A stretch of DNA of 64,000 bases. Source: Chloroflexota bacterium (lineage in GTDB: Bacteria > Chloroflexota > Limnocylindria > P2-11E). Where the stretch lies: assembly GCA_005889405.1 (NCBI GenBank), contig VBFY01000061.1, positions 64,769-128,768 of the forward strand, given 5' to 3'. A program made the position numbers and the translations under genes. Shown one piece after another: positions 37,949 through 49,702 of the stretch. The notes beneath the pieces were generated by a model. That model searched no databases and was not told where the DNA came from. It saw nothing but the letters and a program-made list of their open reading frames with translations. Numbering within the stretch: the stretch's first letter is position 1; every line of letters starts with the position of its first letter.

Positions 37949-38668
37949 GTTTCCGAAGAACGCGACCGGATCGAGCTCGGATCCGGACGGCAGCGCCGCA
38001 ACCGATGCGATGACGTTCGCGCTCACGCCGCGGTCGTAGAACGCATGCCACGAGGACGCGCCCTCGCCGGTGATCTTGAAGAGCGCCGCACCGCCCGCAA
38101 CACGGTCGCCGTCCTGCACGATGACCTCGGTGTCCACGTCGAGCGCGCCGGGGCGGAAGATGATGCGACGGTCGGCGGACTCGAGAGTGATATACGGAAA
38201 GAACGGCACTCCGGGGAAGAGGGAGCCGACGCGCACCTCACCGCTGATGAGCTGGTAGCGGCGCACCGTTACCGCGCCGGCGAATGGCGCGGTGAACGTG
38301 TATCCGACGGGCGCGCGTAGGGCCGCGTAACGCTTGCCGCTGTTGCTGTATGCGGTGGCGGCGAGCGGATCGGGCGTAGCCCTCGGTGCCGGCGTGGGTG
38401 TCGCGGTCGCGGGAGGCGGTGTCGACGTGGGCGTCGGCGAAGACACGGGCGGTGTCGGTGGCGCAGGCGGCGGCGTGCGTGTCGTGACCACGGCGACTCC
38501 GGCGTTCACGACCGACGGCGAGGACGTCGCGCCGGCGATGCTCCCCTGCCTCGTCGCGAACTGGCTCACGACGAACGCGGTGCCGAGGACGCTCATCCCG
38601 AGCCCGATCCCGATCGCGGCGTTGCCCAGCGTGCGCAGGGCCGACCGCACCTCGGCCGAAGGCCGCAC
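37943..38668 (-). CDS. Membrane-anchored protein with degenerate M23/LytM-like domain
   Basis: TM, Pro/Thr linker, APVG..F.AP..G.V, V.DGDRV..G, LDPVAFF; no Zn-ligand His. Confidence 0.6.
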   Translation of the reverse strand: MRPSAEVRSALRTLGNAAIGIGLGMSVLGTAFVVSQFATRQGSIAGATSSPSVVNAGVAVVTTRTPPPAPPTPPVSSPTPTSTPPPATATPTPAPRATPDPLAATAYSNSGKRYAALRAPVGYTFTAPFAGAVTVRRYQLISGEVRVGSLFPGVPFFPYITLESADRRIIFRPGALDVDTEVIVQDGDRVAGGAALFKITGEGASSWHAFYDRGVSANVIASVAALPSGSELDPVAFFGNR

Positions 38669-40001
38669 TAGGCCGCGACCGGTCCCGCGATGTCTTCCAG
38701 AGAACGTCCCCTGGTCTCTTCGGCCAGCAGCCACACATTGAGTGCGGTCACGACGAGCAGGATCATGAACATGGCGAAGACACCTGACTGACCCAACGCC
38801 GGGACCAGCACCGGTGTTAGGAACGGACCGATGATCCCACCGATACGTCCGACCGCCGCCGCGCCGCCGGCACCCGTCCCGCGCACGGCCGTCGGGTAGA
38901 GCTCCGGGGAGATCGTGTACACGACCCCCCACGCGCCGAGATTGAAGAACGAGAGCAGCGCGGCATAGAGGAACGCGTCGGTGCCGGTGCCGGAGTTGCC
39001 GAACAGGAACGCCGCGGCCGCGGTGCCGAGCAGGTACGCGACGAGCGTCGGTTTGCGACCCCAGCGCTCGACCAGCCACGCGGCGCTGAAGTACCCCGGG
39101 ATCTGCGCGATCGTCGAGAGGAAGAAGAACTCGTTGCTGCGGACTTCGGAGAGCCCGCGCGCGGCGAGCAGCGACGGGACATACAGGAAGATTCCGTAGT
39201 ACGTGAACGTGATCCCGAACCACAGGATCCACAGCATCGCGGTGCGGCGCGCGTACGCGGGCTTCCACAGCTCCGTGAGGCTCGTGCGGCCCGAACGTGC
39301 GGGTGCGACGGCCGCGCCCAGCGTCAGCAGCGCTCCCCCACCCGCGCGCTCCACCCGACGGACGATGGCGTCGGCCTCGGCATTGCGCCCGCGCTCCGCG
39401 AGGTAGCGCGGCGACTCCGGCAGCGCCGAGCGCAAATACGCGACGTACAGCGCAGGCAGCGCGGCGACGAGGAACGCGCCGCGCCAGCCGAACTGCGGCA
39501 GAACGAAGAGCGCGACGAGGCCCGCGGCGAGCGTGCCATAGGCCCAGAACGATTCGAGGAGGACGATCATCCGGCCGCGCTGCGCGCGCGGCGAGAACTC
39601 GGACACCAGCGTCGCGACGACCGGCAGCTCACCACCGAGTCCGAGCCCCGCGATGACGCGCGCGGCGAGCAGCAGCTCGAACGTCGGCGCGAGTGCGGAG
39701 AGCACCGCGCCGATCGAGAACAGCACCAGCGTGGCCTGGAAGATGGGGCGCCGTCCGTAGCGGTCGGCGAGCCGGCCGGAGATCGCGGCGCCGAGGAACA
39801 TGCCGACGAAGCCCGCGCTCGCGACGAGCCCGACCTGCGCGGGCGCGAGCGTGAACTCCTTGGTGATCGGTGTGACGAGGAAGCCGATGAGCAGGACATC
39901 CATCGCGTCGAACATCCAGCCCAGTCCGCTCGTGATCAGCAGCCAGGTGTGAAAACGATTCACCGGCACGCGGTCCAGTCGTGCGACGAACGTCTCCGCG
40001 C

Positions 40002-40005
<4 letters not shown>
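38668..40005 (-). CDS. MFS transporter (sugar porter/NiaP-like)
   Basis: GWMFDAMD, GRLADRYGRR, GLGGELPV, PESPR, ELYPT..R.TG; ATG 40005 in ATGA overlap. Confidence 0.92.
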
Positions 40006-41072
<1,067 letters not shown>

Positions 41073-41110
41073 GGGAATAGTCCCGCGCGCGACGCGTTTC
41101 GATATGCACG

Positions 41111-42151
41111 ATGCAGATCGGGATTGACAGCTTCGCACTCGCCTACGACGACGCCAGCGTGGCACTCCGCCCGACGGACCACATGCGCAACCTCATCGAG
41201 CAGATGGCGTACGCGGACCAGGTCGGGCTCGACGTCTTCGGCATCGGCGAGCACCATCGCAAAGAGTTCCTCGACTCCGCACCGGCGGTGATCCTCGCCG
41301 CGGCGGCCGCGCGCACGAAGAAGATCCGCCTCACGAGCGCTGTTGCGGTCCTCAGCGCGGTCGATCCGGTGCGTTTGTTCGAACAGTTCGCGACGCTCGA
41401 TCTCATCTCACAGGGCCGGGCCGAGATGGTCGTCGGCCGAGGTTCGTTCATCGACGCGTTCCCCCTCTTTGGTCTCGACCTGAATGACTACGACGAGCTC
41501 TTCGCCGAGAAGCTGGAGCTTCTCCTCAAGCTCCGCGACGAGGAACACCCGCAGTGGTCCGGCCAGTTCCGACCTGCGCTCACCGGACAGGGCGTGTATC
41601 GGCGCCCGCTTCAGGAGCCTCTCCCCATTTGGGTCGGGGTCGGCGGGACGCCGCAGTCGTTCGTTCGCGCGGGCCTGCTCGGCCTTCCGCTCATGGTCGC
41701 GATCATCGGCGGTGAGACACACCGCTTCCGTCCGCTCGTCGATCTCTATCGCGAGGCGGGCCGGCAGGCGGGTTTCTCGCCGGACCAGCTGAAGGTCGGG
41801 ATGCACTCGCTCGGCTACGTCGCCGACACGTCGAAGGAAGCGGTCGAGGATTTCTACCCCGGCTTCGCCCGCGTGATGACGGACATCGGTAAGGAGCGCG
41901 GCTGGGCGCCGATGACTCGCGCCCAGTTCGATTCGCAGCTCACGTCGAAGGGCGCGTGGCTCCTCGGCGAACCGGAGGAAGTGGCCGAGAAGATCCTGCG
42001 CCACAGCGAGGCGCTCGGCGGCATCACGCGCGTCACGTTCCAGATGAACGCCGCGTCGGTGCCGCATGAGAAGCTCCTCCACGCCACCGAGTTGCTCGGT
42101 GCCAAAGTCGCACCGATCCTGCGCAAGGAGCTCGCGCCAGCCGCGGCCTGA
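41111..42151 (+). CDS. LLM class flavin-dependent oxidoreductase
   Basis: GIGEHHR, RLTSAV.VLS..DPVR, GRGSF, VGGTPQS. Confidence 0.92.
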   Translation: MQIGIDSFALAYDDASVALRPTDHMRNLIEQMAYADQVGLDVFGIGEHHRKEFLDSAPAVILAAAAARTKKIRLTSAVAVLSAVDPVRLFEQFATLDLISQGRAEMVVGRGSFIDAFPLFGLDLNDYDELFAEKLELLLKLRDEEHPQWSGQFRPALTGQGVYRRPLQEPLPIWVGVGGTPQSFVRAGLLGLPLMVAIIGGETHRFRPLVDLYREAGRQAGFSPDQLKVGMHSLGYVADTSKEAVEDFYPGFARVMTDIGKERGWAPMTRAQFDSQLTSKGAWLLGEPEEVAEKILRHSEALGGITRVTFQMNAASVPHEKLLHATELLGAKVAPILRKELAPAAA

Positions 42152-42166
42152 CCCTACCTCGGGGGT

Positions 42167-43558
42167 CTAGCTGCGGTGGAACTCCTCGTGGACCGCGCGC
42201 ACGGCCTTGTCGCGCTCGGACTCGATGACGACGAACGAGATGTTCAGCTCGCTCGAGCCCTGCGCGATCGCCATGACGTTGACGCCGGCGCGGCCGAGGG
42301 CGCCGAAGACGCGTGAGGCGACGCCCGGCGTTCCCCGCATCCCCTCCCCCACCGCGGCCACGATCGCCACCGGCGAATCGACCGTGACGCGCTCGACGTC
42401 GTGGCGACGCAGCTCCGCGCTGAACATGCGCTCGAGCGCGGGACGGAGGCGTTCCGCACCGTCGGCGGGCACGACGAGACAGATCGAGTTCTCGCTCGAG
42501 GACTGGCTGATCATGAGCACGTTCACCTTCTCCGCCGCGGTCGTGTCGAACACGCGCGCGGCGAAGCCGGGCACACCGCTCATGCCCGCGCCCTGCACCG
42601 TGAGCAGCCCGAGCCCACCGAGCGACGTCGTGGCCTTCACGACGCTGCCGTCGAACACCGGGTCGCCGGTGATCGTCGTCCCCGGATGTTCCGGAGCGAA
42701 GGTGTTGAGGATGCGCACCGGGATGTGCGCCTCGATCGCCGGCAGAACGGTGCGCGGATGGATCACCTTCGCGCCGAAGTACGAGAGCTCCGCGGCCTCG
42801 GCGTATGAGACGCGCTCGAGCGACTTCGCGCTACGGACGATGCGGGGATCCGCGCTCATCACGCCGTTCACGTCGGTGTAGATGAGGAGGATGTCCGCGT
42901 TGAGGGCCGCCGCGAACACCGCCGCGGAGTAATCCGAGCCGCCTCGGCCCAGCGTTGTCGTGACACCGTCCGCCGTGGATGCGACGTAACCGGTGATGAC
43001 CGGAGTCACCCCGTCCTTGAGCAGCGGGAGCACGTCCTGGTGTACGCGGGTCTTCGTCTCATCGAGCAGCGGATTCGCGTGCCCGAAGGCGTCGTCGGTG
43101 ATGAGCAGTGCCTCGGCGGACAGCGACCGCGCTCTCGTGCCGCGCCCATTGAGCAGCGCCGCGACGATCGGCGCCGAGATCTTCTCGCCGTACGTGACGA
43201 TCGCATCGAGGCTGCGCGGCGTGCATTCGTGGAGGATCGCGACGCTCCGCAGCAGCGAGATCGTGCGCTCGGTGAGGTCGGTGATCTCGCCGAGTGCAGC
43301 GCCGCCGCCAACTCCAAGGAGGTCGGCAACGAGGTTGGCGTGGGCCTTCGCGAGGTCGCTCACGATCCGCTCCGCGACCGAGGCTTCGCCGTTCGCGGCC
43401 TCGCGCGCGGCGGTGTGCAACGCGTCGGTCGTCCCGGCGGTCGCCGAGACGACGACGATACGGTCGCCTTTCGTGTCGCCGACGATGCGCGCGACGCTCT
43501 CGAGCGCGGTGGGCGAGGCGACGGACGTCCCGCCGAACTTGAGGACGGTCCGGGTCAA
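42167..43558 (-). CDS. lysC: Aspartate kinase with ACT domains
   Basis: TTG in TTGA overlap; KFGGTSV, TLGRGGSDYSA, DV.GVMSADPR, two ACT domains. Confidence 0.95.
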   Translation of the reverse strand: MTRTVLKFGGTSVASPTALESVARIVGDTKGDRIVVVSATAGTTDALHTAAREAANGEASVAERIVSDLAKAHANLVADLLGVGGGAALGEITDLTERTISLLRSVAILHECTPRSLDAIVTYGEKISAPIVAALLNGRGTRARSLSAEALLITDDAFGHANPLLDETKTRVHQDVLPLLKDGVTPVITGYVASTADGVTTTLGRGGSDYSAAVFAAALNADILLIYTDVNGVMSADPRIVRSAKSLERVSYAEAAELSYFGAKVIHPRTVLPAIEAHIPVRILNTFAPEHPGTTITGDPVFDGSVVKATTSLGGLGLLTVQGAGMSGVPGFAARVFDTTAAEKVNVLMISQSSSENSICLVVPADGAERLRPALERMFSAELRRHDVERVTVDSPVAIVAAVGEGMRGTPGVASRVFGALGRAGVNVMAIAQGSSELNISFVVIESERDKAVRAVHEEFHRS

Positions 43559-44514
43559 CGCATGGTCCGCGCGATCGCGATCACGTCGCCGAGTATGGCC
43601 GACGCGGTCGCGTCCCCGCCCGCGCCAGGTCCGCTGAACACGAGGCGGCCGGCGAGATCGGTCTCGATCGTGACGACATTCGTCGGCCCGTCGGCGACGC
43701 CCTCGGGCGAGGTCACCGGCACCTCCTCGGGACCGACGCGAGCCTTCGTCGCTCGCTCGCCGAAGTCCGCGGTCGCGATGTAGCGGACCTTGGTGTCGCG
43801 TGACGCCGCGGCCCTCACGGTGTCCGCCGAGAGACCGCGGAGCGTCGTGCGCCGCACATTGTCGGGATGGAAATGCCTGCCCTCGAGCAGGCTGATGAGG
43901 ATCGAGAGCTTGTACGCCGCGTCGAAGCCGTCGACATCCGCCGTCGAATCGGCCTCGGCGTACCCCTTCGCGATGGCTTCCTCGAGCGCCGCGTCGAAGC
44001 CGAGCCCAGACTCCATACGCGAGCAGATATAGGTCGTCGTTCCGTTCAGGAGACCGCGGACGATGCGCGGCCGCGACGCGGCGAGCATGCGCGTGGCCGC
44101 GATGAGCGGGATCGCGGCCGCGACCGCGGCCTCGAAGCGCAGCTCGCGCTTTGCGAGCTTGGCGGCCTCGTGGAGCGGGTTCCACTCCTTCGCGACGAGC
44201 TCCTTGTTCGCGGTGACGACGTGACGGCCACGCTCGAATGCAGCGAAGTGCAGGTCGCGGGCCGGCGATGTGCCGCCGATGACCTCGATGACGATGTGGA
44301 TGCCCGGATCGTCGAGCAGCCGGAACGGATCCGTCGTGACCGCAAGGTCTCCGACGTCGCGCGCCTTGCGTCGATCGCGCACCGCGGCGCCGATGAGCCG
44401 CAGCGGGCGGCCGGCGGCGGCGTCGAGGCGCTTGCCGCGATCGGCGAACACGCGCGCCACGGCCGAGCCGACCGTGCCGAGCCCGAGCAGCGCAACACCG
44501 ACCTGAGTGCTCAC
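43555..44514 (-). CDS. hom: Homoserine dehydrogenase
   Basis: GLGTVG, VVTANK, LNGTT.YI, GYAEAD...DV.G.DAA.KL, G.GAGG..TASA. Confidence 0.94.
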   Translation of the reverse strand: MSTQVGVALLGLGTVGSAVARVFADRGKRLDAAAGRPLRLIGAAVRDRRKARDVGDLAVTTDPFRLLDDPGIHIVIEVIGGTSPARDLHFAAFERGRHVVTANKELVAKEWNPLHEAAKLAKRELRFEAAVAAAIPLIAATRMLAASRPRIVRGLLNGTTTYICSRMESGLGFDAALEEAIAKGYAEADSTADVDGFDAAYKLSILISLLEGRHFHPDNVRRTTLRGLSADTVRAAASRDTKVRYIATADFGERATKARVGPEEVPVTSPEGVADGPTNVVTIETDLAGRLVFSGPGAGGDATASAILGDVIAIARTMR

Positions 44515-45266
44515 GGCAGGGTCACCCATGCGACGTAACCGACAACCGACGAGCGGATCTGCCTCAGCTCGTAGCGCGCGAACACCTCTCGACACTCGGA
44601 CTCGAACGCATCGGCGCGCGATCCGAGGCTCACCCGCGAAAGCGTGCTGGTACTCCCGAGCAGCCGCAGGTAGTCGTCTACGGATCGGCCGAACGGGACC
44701 GGCGCCGTGCGCTCCTCCCCTACCAGCCTGACGAGGCCTTGCGCCGCGTCCCGCGCGACCATCTCGTGTGTCTCGAGATGATGCTCGAGCGGCGAATAGC
44801 GTCGGATGACATCGACGATCTGCGGATGCCACTCGCCCGAGTGCGTCGTCTCCGTGTCGAGGACCGCGAGATACGCACCGGGTGCGAGCGCGTCGCGGAA
44901 CCGCGGCAGCACTTCGTCGGGCCGCATCCAGTGCAGGCTCGCACCGACCGTGATGAGCCCATACGGCGGCGACAAGGGTGCGTCCTCCGCGCGACCGAGG
45001 ATCCAGTGGATCCGTGGCTCGTCGCCGCCCGGCAGCGCGCGGCCGCGCGCGATCATCGCCGGGGAAGGATCGACCGCGTCGATGCGCGTGAACGTGGGTG
45101 GGAAGTTGCGCGCCAGGGCGCCCGTGCCGGCGCCGGCGTCGAGCACGACGCGCGGCTCGACGGCCAGGCGTTCCAGGATGTCGAACACACCGCGTGGGTA
45201 CGGCGCGCGGTACGCGTAGAGCGCCGCGGCCTCATCGTCCGCCCACACGCGCCCGAGCTCGATCAT
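44511..45266 (-). CDS. Class I SAM-dependent methyltransferase
   Basis: YR..YP, VLDAGAGTG, AVDPS..M, SLHW. Confidence 0.88.
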   Translation of the reverse strand: MIELGRVWADDEAAALYAYRAPYPRGVFDILERLAVEPRVVLDAGAGTGALARNFPPTFTRIDAVDPSPAMIARGRALPGGDEPRIHWILGRAEDAPLSPPYGLITVGASLHWMRPDEVLPRFRDALAPGAYLAVLDTETTHSGEWHPQIVDVIRRYSPLEHHLETHEMVARDAAQGLVRLVGEERTAPVPFGRSVDDYLRLLGSTSTLSRVSLGSRADAFESECREVFARYELRQIRSSVVGYVAWVTLP

Positions 45267-45766
45267 GCGATGGCATCCTCGAGCAGGTCGAGCGCGGCGC
45301 CGACGCTCGCCAGGCGGTTGCCCGCGCGATCGAAGGTCCAGATGTGTTTCTTTACCGCGCTGTGCTTGTCGCTGTCGACCGCGACGTACGTGAGGCCGAC
45401 GGGTTTTCCTGGGGTCGCGCCTCCGGGTCCGGCGATGCCCGTGATGCCGAGGCCGATCTTCGCGCTCAGGCGCGCACGCGAGCCGCGCGCGAGCGCGCCC
45501 GCGACGACGGACGACACCGCGCCGTGTGAATGGATGAGCTGCGGCGCGACGTCGGCGAGGATCTCCTTCGCGTCGTTGCTGTATACGACGGCGCCTCCCC
45601 GGAAGTGATCGCTCGCGCCGCCGTGCGCGGTGAGGATCGTCGCGAGGAGCCCGCCCGTACACGACTCTGCTGCCGCGACCGTCAGCTTGCGGCGGCGCAG
45701 CTTCTCGTGGATGGGCCCCATGCGCGCGACGAGCTCATCGAACGTGGGCGCGCCCTTCTTTGCCAC
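45263..45766 (-). CDS. cinA: CinA C-terminal domain (NMN amidohydrolase, PncC-like)
   Basis: AESCTGG, Y.N..K, GAVS, GITGIAGPGG....KPVG. Confidence 0.92.
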   Translation of the reverse strand: MAKKGAPTFDELVARMGPIHEKLRRRKLTVAAAESCTGGLLATILTAHGGASDHFRGGAVVYSNDAKEILADVAPQLIHSHGAVSSVVAGALARGSRARLSAKIGLGITGIAGPGGATPGKPVGLTYVAVDSDKHSAVKKHIWTFDRAGNRLASVGAALDLLEDAIA

Positions 45767-45798
45767 GCGAGAAGGTTAGGCGAGCGACGACAGGGCGA

Positions 45799-46308
45799 TC
45801 AGGTGAGCCGCGTCACGAAGTAACGCGGCAAGGTGACCAGGCCCAGGAGGAGTGCCACGCCGACGAGTGTGGCCCCGGCGACGGGCCACGGGCGTTCGCC
45901 GACGATGATCAAGGCGACTCCGATCATCTGCGCGGTCGTCTTCGCCTTCGCCAGGCGGTCCGCGGGTAGTGCGACGCCTCGCCCAAAGGCGCGTAGGCGG
46001 AGAAGCGCGACGACGCCCTCGCGCAGCGCGGTGGCAGCTGTGACCACGGTGACCGGCCATCCGGTCCCGACGGCGGCGAGCGCTCCGAGCGTCCCAAGGA
46101 CGAGGACCTTGTCGGCAAGCGGATCGAGCAGCGCGCCTCGCGGGCTGCTCCTGCCGGCGCGCCGCGCGAGGAGTCCATCGAGCGCATCCGAAGCCGCGGC
46201 GAGCATGAACAGGCCGAGCGCAGGGAAGCGCTGTTCGGCGGCGATGGCCCACACGATCGGGATCACCGCGACAGCGCGGAAGAGGGTCAGGGCGTTCGCG
46301 GGGGTCAC
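45799..46308 (-). CDS. pgsA: CDP-alcohol phosphatidyltransferase
   Basis: D.LDG.LAR......G..LDPLADK; located between rodZ and cinA. Confidence 0.88.
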   Translation of the reverse strand: MTPANALTLFRAVAVIPIVWAIAAEQRFPALGLFMLAAASDALDGLLARRAGRSSPRGALLDPLADKVLVLGTLGALAAVGTGWPVTVVTAATALREGVVALLRLRAFGRGVALPADRLAKAKTTAQMIGVALIIVGERPWPVAGATLVGVALLLGLVTLPRYFVTRLT

Positions 46309-47468
46309 TGTGCGGTGTAGACGCGCTCCACGACCTCACCCTGCTGTCCGAGGGCGAGGGCCGGCTGTCCGTTGTAGCTCACCACCGTGGCTGCGGCATT
46401 GCCGGAGCGCAGGCGTACCTCGCGGCCGGTGTAGGTCGCGGTCTCGCCCTCCTTGAAGATGCGGCCCGTGCCGGGAACGACGGTGCCGTCCACCGTCGCC
46501 TGCAGCCACGCCTCGCCGCCCTTGAGCGTGACGTTCACGACCGCGGCGGTGTACGCGACCGTGACTGCGCGCGTTTCCGTCGCGGTCACGCCGGCGGCGT
46601 TGCTCGCGACGATGTTGATGGTCTGCTTCCCCGCGGGATACGTGAACCGGATCTCGAAGAGGCGGGCGGTGCTGATCGGCATCTGCACGCCGTTCACCGT
46701 CAGCGTGGTGACGGTCGGATCGAATCGCCCCCGCACCAATACCGGTGCGTTCGTGAAGGTCGCTCCGTTCGCCGGCTCCTCGACGATCACCACCGGCTGC
46801 CCCGGCGAGCTTGCCACGGTCTCCAGTCGAACGGTGCGCGACGCGCGCCCGACCTTGCCCGTCACGTCGAGCACTTCCACGACGATGTGGTTGGATCCCG
46901 GGTTGAGCTGCACGTTCGCGGAGAACGTGCCGTCGGAGTTCGGATGGATGTCCGCGATCGTCAGCGGTCCGGGGAAGACCTGCACCGTGACGCGTCCGTC
47001 GGGAACGGTCTTCCCCTTCACGACGAAGTCCGCCGACTGCGATATGGCATCGGACGCCGGCTCGGTGACATCGATCTTCGGAGGGACCGCGAACGAGACG
47101 AACTGGTAGTAGAGGTAGCTCACGAAGAGCACGATGCCCGCGAGCACGACCACCGGGACGAGCACCGCGGGCGTGAAGATCAGGTTGCGCCTCATGATCG
47201 GATTCATCGGCTTGAAGGCGCGCGGCGCGTCGGGCTGGTCGCGCTCCTGATGGAACTGAACAACGAGCTCTTCGGTGTTGAGCTCGAGGTACTCGGCGTA
47301 ATTGCGCAGGAAGCCCTTCGTGTACACGGTGCCCGGCAGCGTCTGGTAGTCGCTGTCCTCGAGCGCCTTCAGGAACTTCTCGCGGATGCGAGTGTCGGAC
47401 GCGGCCTGCTCGAGCGTGATCCCCTTCTTCTCACGCTGCGCGCGAAGCGTCTCGCCGAGCCGCGCCAC
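46305..47468 (-). CDS. rodZ: RodZ-like protein (HTH, TM, Ig-like domains, DUF4115)
   Basis: LG..LR..RE.KG.TL, LP...Y.KGFLRNYA.YL; C-terminal GNAA......NG. Confidence 0.85.
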   Translation of the reverse strand: MARLGETLRAQREKKGITLEQAASDTRIREKFLKALEDSDYQTLPGTVYTKGFLRNYAEYLELNTEELVVQFHQERDQPDAPRAFKPMNPIMRRNLIFTPAVLVPVVVLAGIVLFVSYLYYQFVSFAVPPKIDVTEPASDAISQSADFVVKGKTVPDGRVTVQVFPGPLTIADIHPNSDGTFSANVQLNPGSNHIVVEVLDVTGKVGRASRTVRLETVASSPGQPVVIVEEPANGATFTNAPVLVRGRFDPTVTTLTVNGVQMPISTARLFEIRFTYPAGKQTINIVASNAAGVTATETRAVTVAYTAAVVNVTLKGGEAWLQATVDGTVVPGTGRIFKEGETATYTGREVRLRSGNAAATVVSYNGQPALALGQQGEVVERVYTAQ

Positions 47469-47470
47469 CG

Positions 47471-49702
47471 CTACTCCTCGCCTGGCCGAGCCGAGCCGTA
47501 CACCTCTCGGAACTTGCCCGGCCCGCGGTCCGGTCCGACGACGCCGTTGCGCTCCATGATGTCGATGAGCCTGCCCGCGCGCGCGAAGCCGATCGTCATC
47601 TTCCGCTGCAGCATCGAGACCGACGCCTTGCCCTCGTGGCGGATGATCTCGACCGCCTCTTCGTAGCGCTCGTCGTCGATGTCCTCGCCGTCGGACTCGC
47701 GCCGGGTCAGGCGATCCGGCCCCTCGAGCACCTTCGGATGGCGGTCGTACGCGGTCCCGCCCTGCAGCGTCCAGTGACGGCTGATGAGCTGGATCTCGTT
47801 GTCCGACACGTAGACGCCCTGCGCGCGGATCGGCTTCGCGAGGTCGGGGCGAAGCACGAGCATGTCGCCACGTCCGAGGAGCTTCTCCGCACCGGTCATG
47901 TCAATGATGGTGCGGGAGTCGACGGCGGACGCGGTAGCAAACGCGATACGAGCCGGGATGTTCGCCTTGATGAGACCGGTGATGACGTCGACGGAGGGCC
48001 GCTGCGTGCCGAGGACGAGGTGGATGCCGGTGGCGCGGGCCAGCTGCGCCACGCGGGTGATCTGCTTCTCCACCTGGATCGGCGCCTGGAGCATGAGGTC
48101 GGCGAGCTCGTCGATGACGAAGACGACGTACGGGATGCGGTCGGAGCCGGTGTGCTTCTCGTTGTACTGGCCGATGTTCCGCGAGCTCGTCCGGGCGAAA
48201 AGACGGTAGCGGCGGTCCATCTCCCCGACCACCCAGAACAGGGCGTTCAGGATCTTGTCCGCGTCGGTCATGACCGGGGCGATGAGGTGCGGGACGTCGC
48301 CGAACGCGGTGAAGTCGACCCGCTTGAGGTCCCCGATGAGGAGGCGGACGTCGTCCGGCGTCGCGTTGAGCAGCAGGCTGCAGAGGATCGAGCTGATGTT
48401 CACGCTCTTGCCGGAGCCGGTCTGACCCGCGACGAGCAGGTGCGGCATCGCGCCCAGGTCGAGCACGATCGGGGCGCCCGCGACGTCGCGTCCGAGCGCG
48501 ACGGTGAGCTTTGACGGCGACGCGCGGAAGATCGCGGTCTCGACGACGTCGCGCAGCGACACCAGGCCGACGGCGAGGTTCGGGACCTCGATGCCGACCA
48601 CGCTCTTGCCGGGGATCGGCGCCTCGATCCGGAGCGTGCGCGCCGCGAGCGCGAGCGCGAGGTTGTCGTTGAGCGACTCGACGCGCGACAGCAGGACCCC
48701 GGGCGCGATCTTCAGCTCGTACCGCGTCACGACCGGGCCGGGCGTGACCTCGACGACCTTCGCGGCGATGTTGAAATGCGCCAGGGTCTGCTCGATGACC
48801 TCGGCGCTCCTGCGGATCTCGCTGCTGGTCCCGGCATGGCCGGCATCGCCCACGCCGAGGATGTCGAGCGGCGGGAGGGTCCAGTTGCGGTCCGCCTTGG
48901 CGTGCAGGACGCCTTCGACGGCGACGTTCTTGTCCGGCAGCCCGGCGATCGAGGGAGTGAACGCGCCGCCTGGCGCCGAGGCGGCCTCGTCGGTCACGGG
49001 TGGCGGAAGGAGCCGCAGCTGGGGCTTGGGAGCCTGAGCGGGCCCCTTGGGGCGCTGGACGGGCATGTTGATCCGGAGCGGCAGGGCTGCCTCCTCCAGT
49101 TCCTCCGCCTCGGGTTCGTCGACGCCGCCGCCGAACCTTCCCGCCGTGCCGCCGGGGAGGCTTACCCCAGGTCGGAGGGCGGTCCGGCGCTCCCAGGCCG
49201 GCCGGACGAGGTCGCCGAGGGTGCGGTTGGAGGCCACGACGATCCCCACGAGGACGACCGCGACGAGCGCGATCGGTCCACCGACGTCGCCGAAGGCGCC
49301 GGTCGCGATCTTCGCGATCGTCGCGCCGACGACGCCGCCCGCGCCCTGGCCGGTCGCCGGCTCGCCCCGTTGGTAGTGCTGCGCGATCGCCAGGAGCGCG
49401 ACGAACACGAGCGCCCCACCCGCGATCGGGATGATCGCGCTGCGCCGCATGAGACCGAACCAGAGTTCGGCCGCAAGAGCAGCGAGCAGGAACGGCACGA
49501 CAAACGCGCCCCACCCCAGGCCGGACACGAGGAAGGCGTGCCACCACTGCAGCACCGGTCCCTGATCGGCGATGAGCGCGACGATCGACAGCAGCGCGAA
49601 CGCGAGCAGTGCGATCGCGCCGACCTCGCCCCGGATGCGCGGATCGACGGCGGGGACGGCACCGCGCTGCGGCTGGCGGCGCGACACCCGGCGCGCGCTC
49701 AT
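47471..49702 (-). CDS. ftsK: DNA translocase FtsK/SpoIIIE
   Basis: PHLLVAGQTGSGKS, IDELADLM, TQRPSVDVITG.IKAN, gamma domain S.LQR...IG..RAGR.ID. Confidence 0.97.
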   Translation of the reverse strand: MSARRVSRRQPQRGAVPAVDPRIRGEVGAIALLAFALLSIVALIADQGPVLQWWHAFLVSGLGWGAFVVPFLLAALAAELWFGLMRRSAIIPIAGGALVFVALLAIAQHYQRGEPATGQGAGGVVGATIAKIATGAFGDVGGPIALVAVVLVGIVVASNRTLGDLVRPAWERRTALRPGVSLPGGTAGRFGGGVDEPEAEELEEAALPLRINMPVQRPKGPAQAPKPQLRLLPPPVTDEAASAPGGAFTPSIAGLPDKNVAVEGVLHAKADRNWTLPPLDILGVGDAGHAGTSSEIRRSAEVIEQTLAHFNIAAKVVEVTPGPVVTRYELKIAPGVLLSRVESLNDNLALALAARTLRIEAPIPGKSVVGIEVPNLAVGLVSLRDVVETAIFRASPSKLTVALGRDVAGAPIVLDLGAMPHLLVAGQTGSGKSVNISSILCSLLLNATPDDVRLLIGDLKRVDFTAFGDVPHLIAPVMTDADKILNALFWVVGEMDRRYRLFARTSSRNIGQYNEKHTGSDRIPYVVFVIDELADLMLQAPIQVEKQITRVAQLARATGIHLVLGTQRPSVDVITGLIKANIPARIAFATASAVDSRTIIDMTGAEKLLGRGDMLVLRPDLAKPIRAQGVYVSDNEIQLISRHWTLQGGTAYDRHPKVLEGPDRLTRRESDGEDIDDERYEEAVEIIRHEGKASVSMLQRKMTIGFARAGRLIDIMERNGVVGPDRGPGKFREVYGSARPGEE

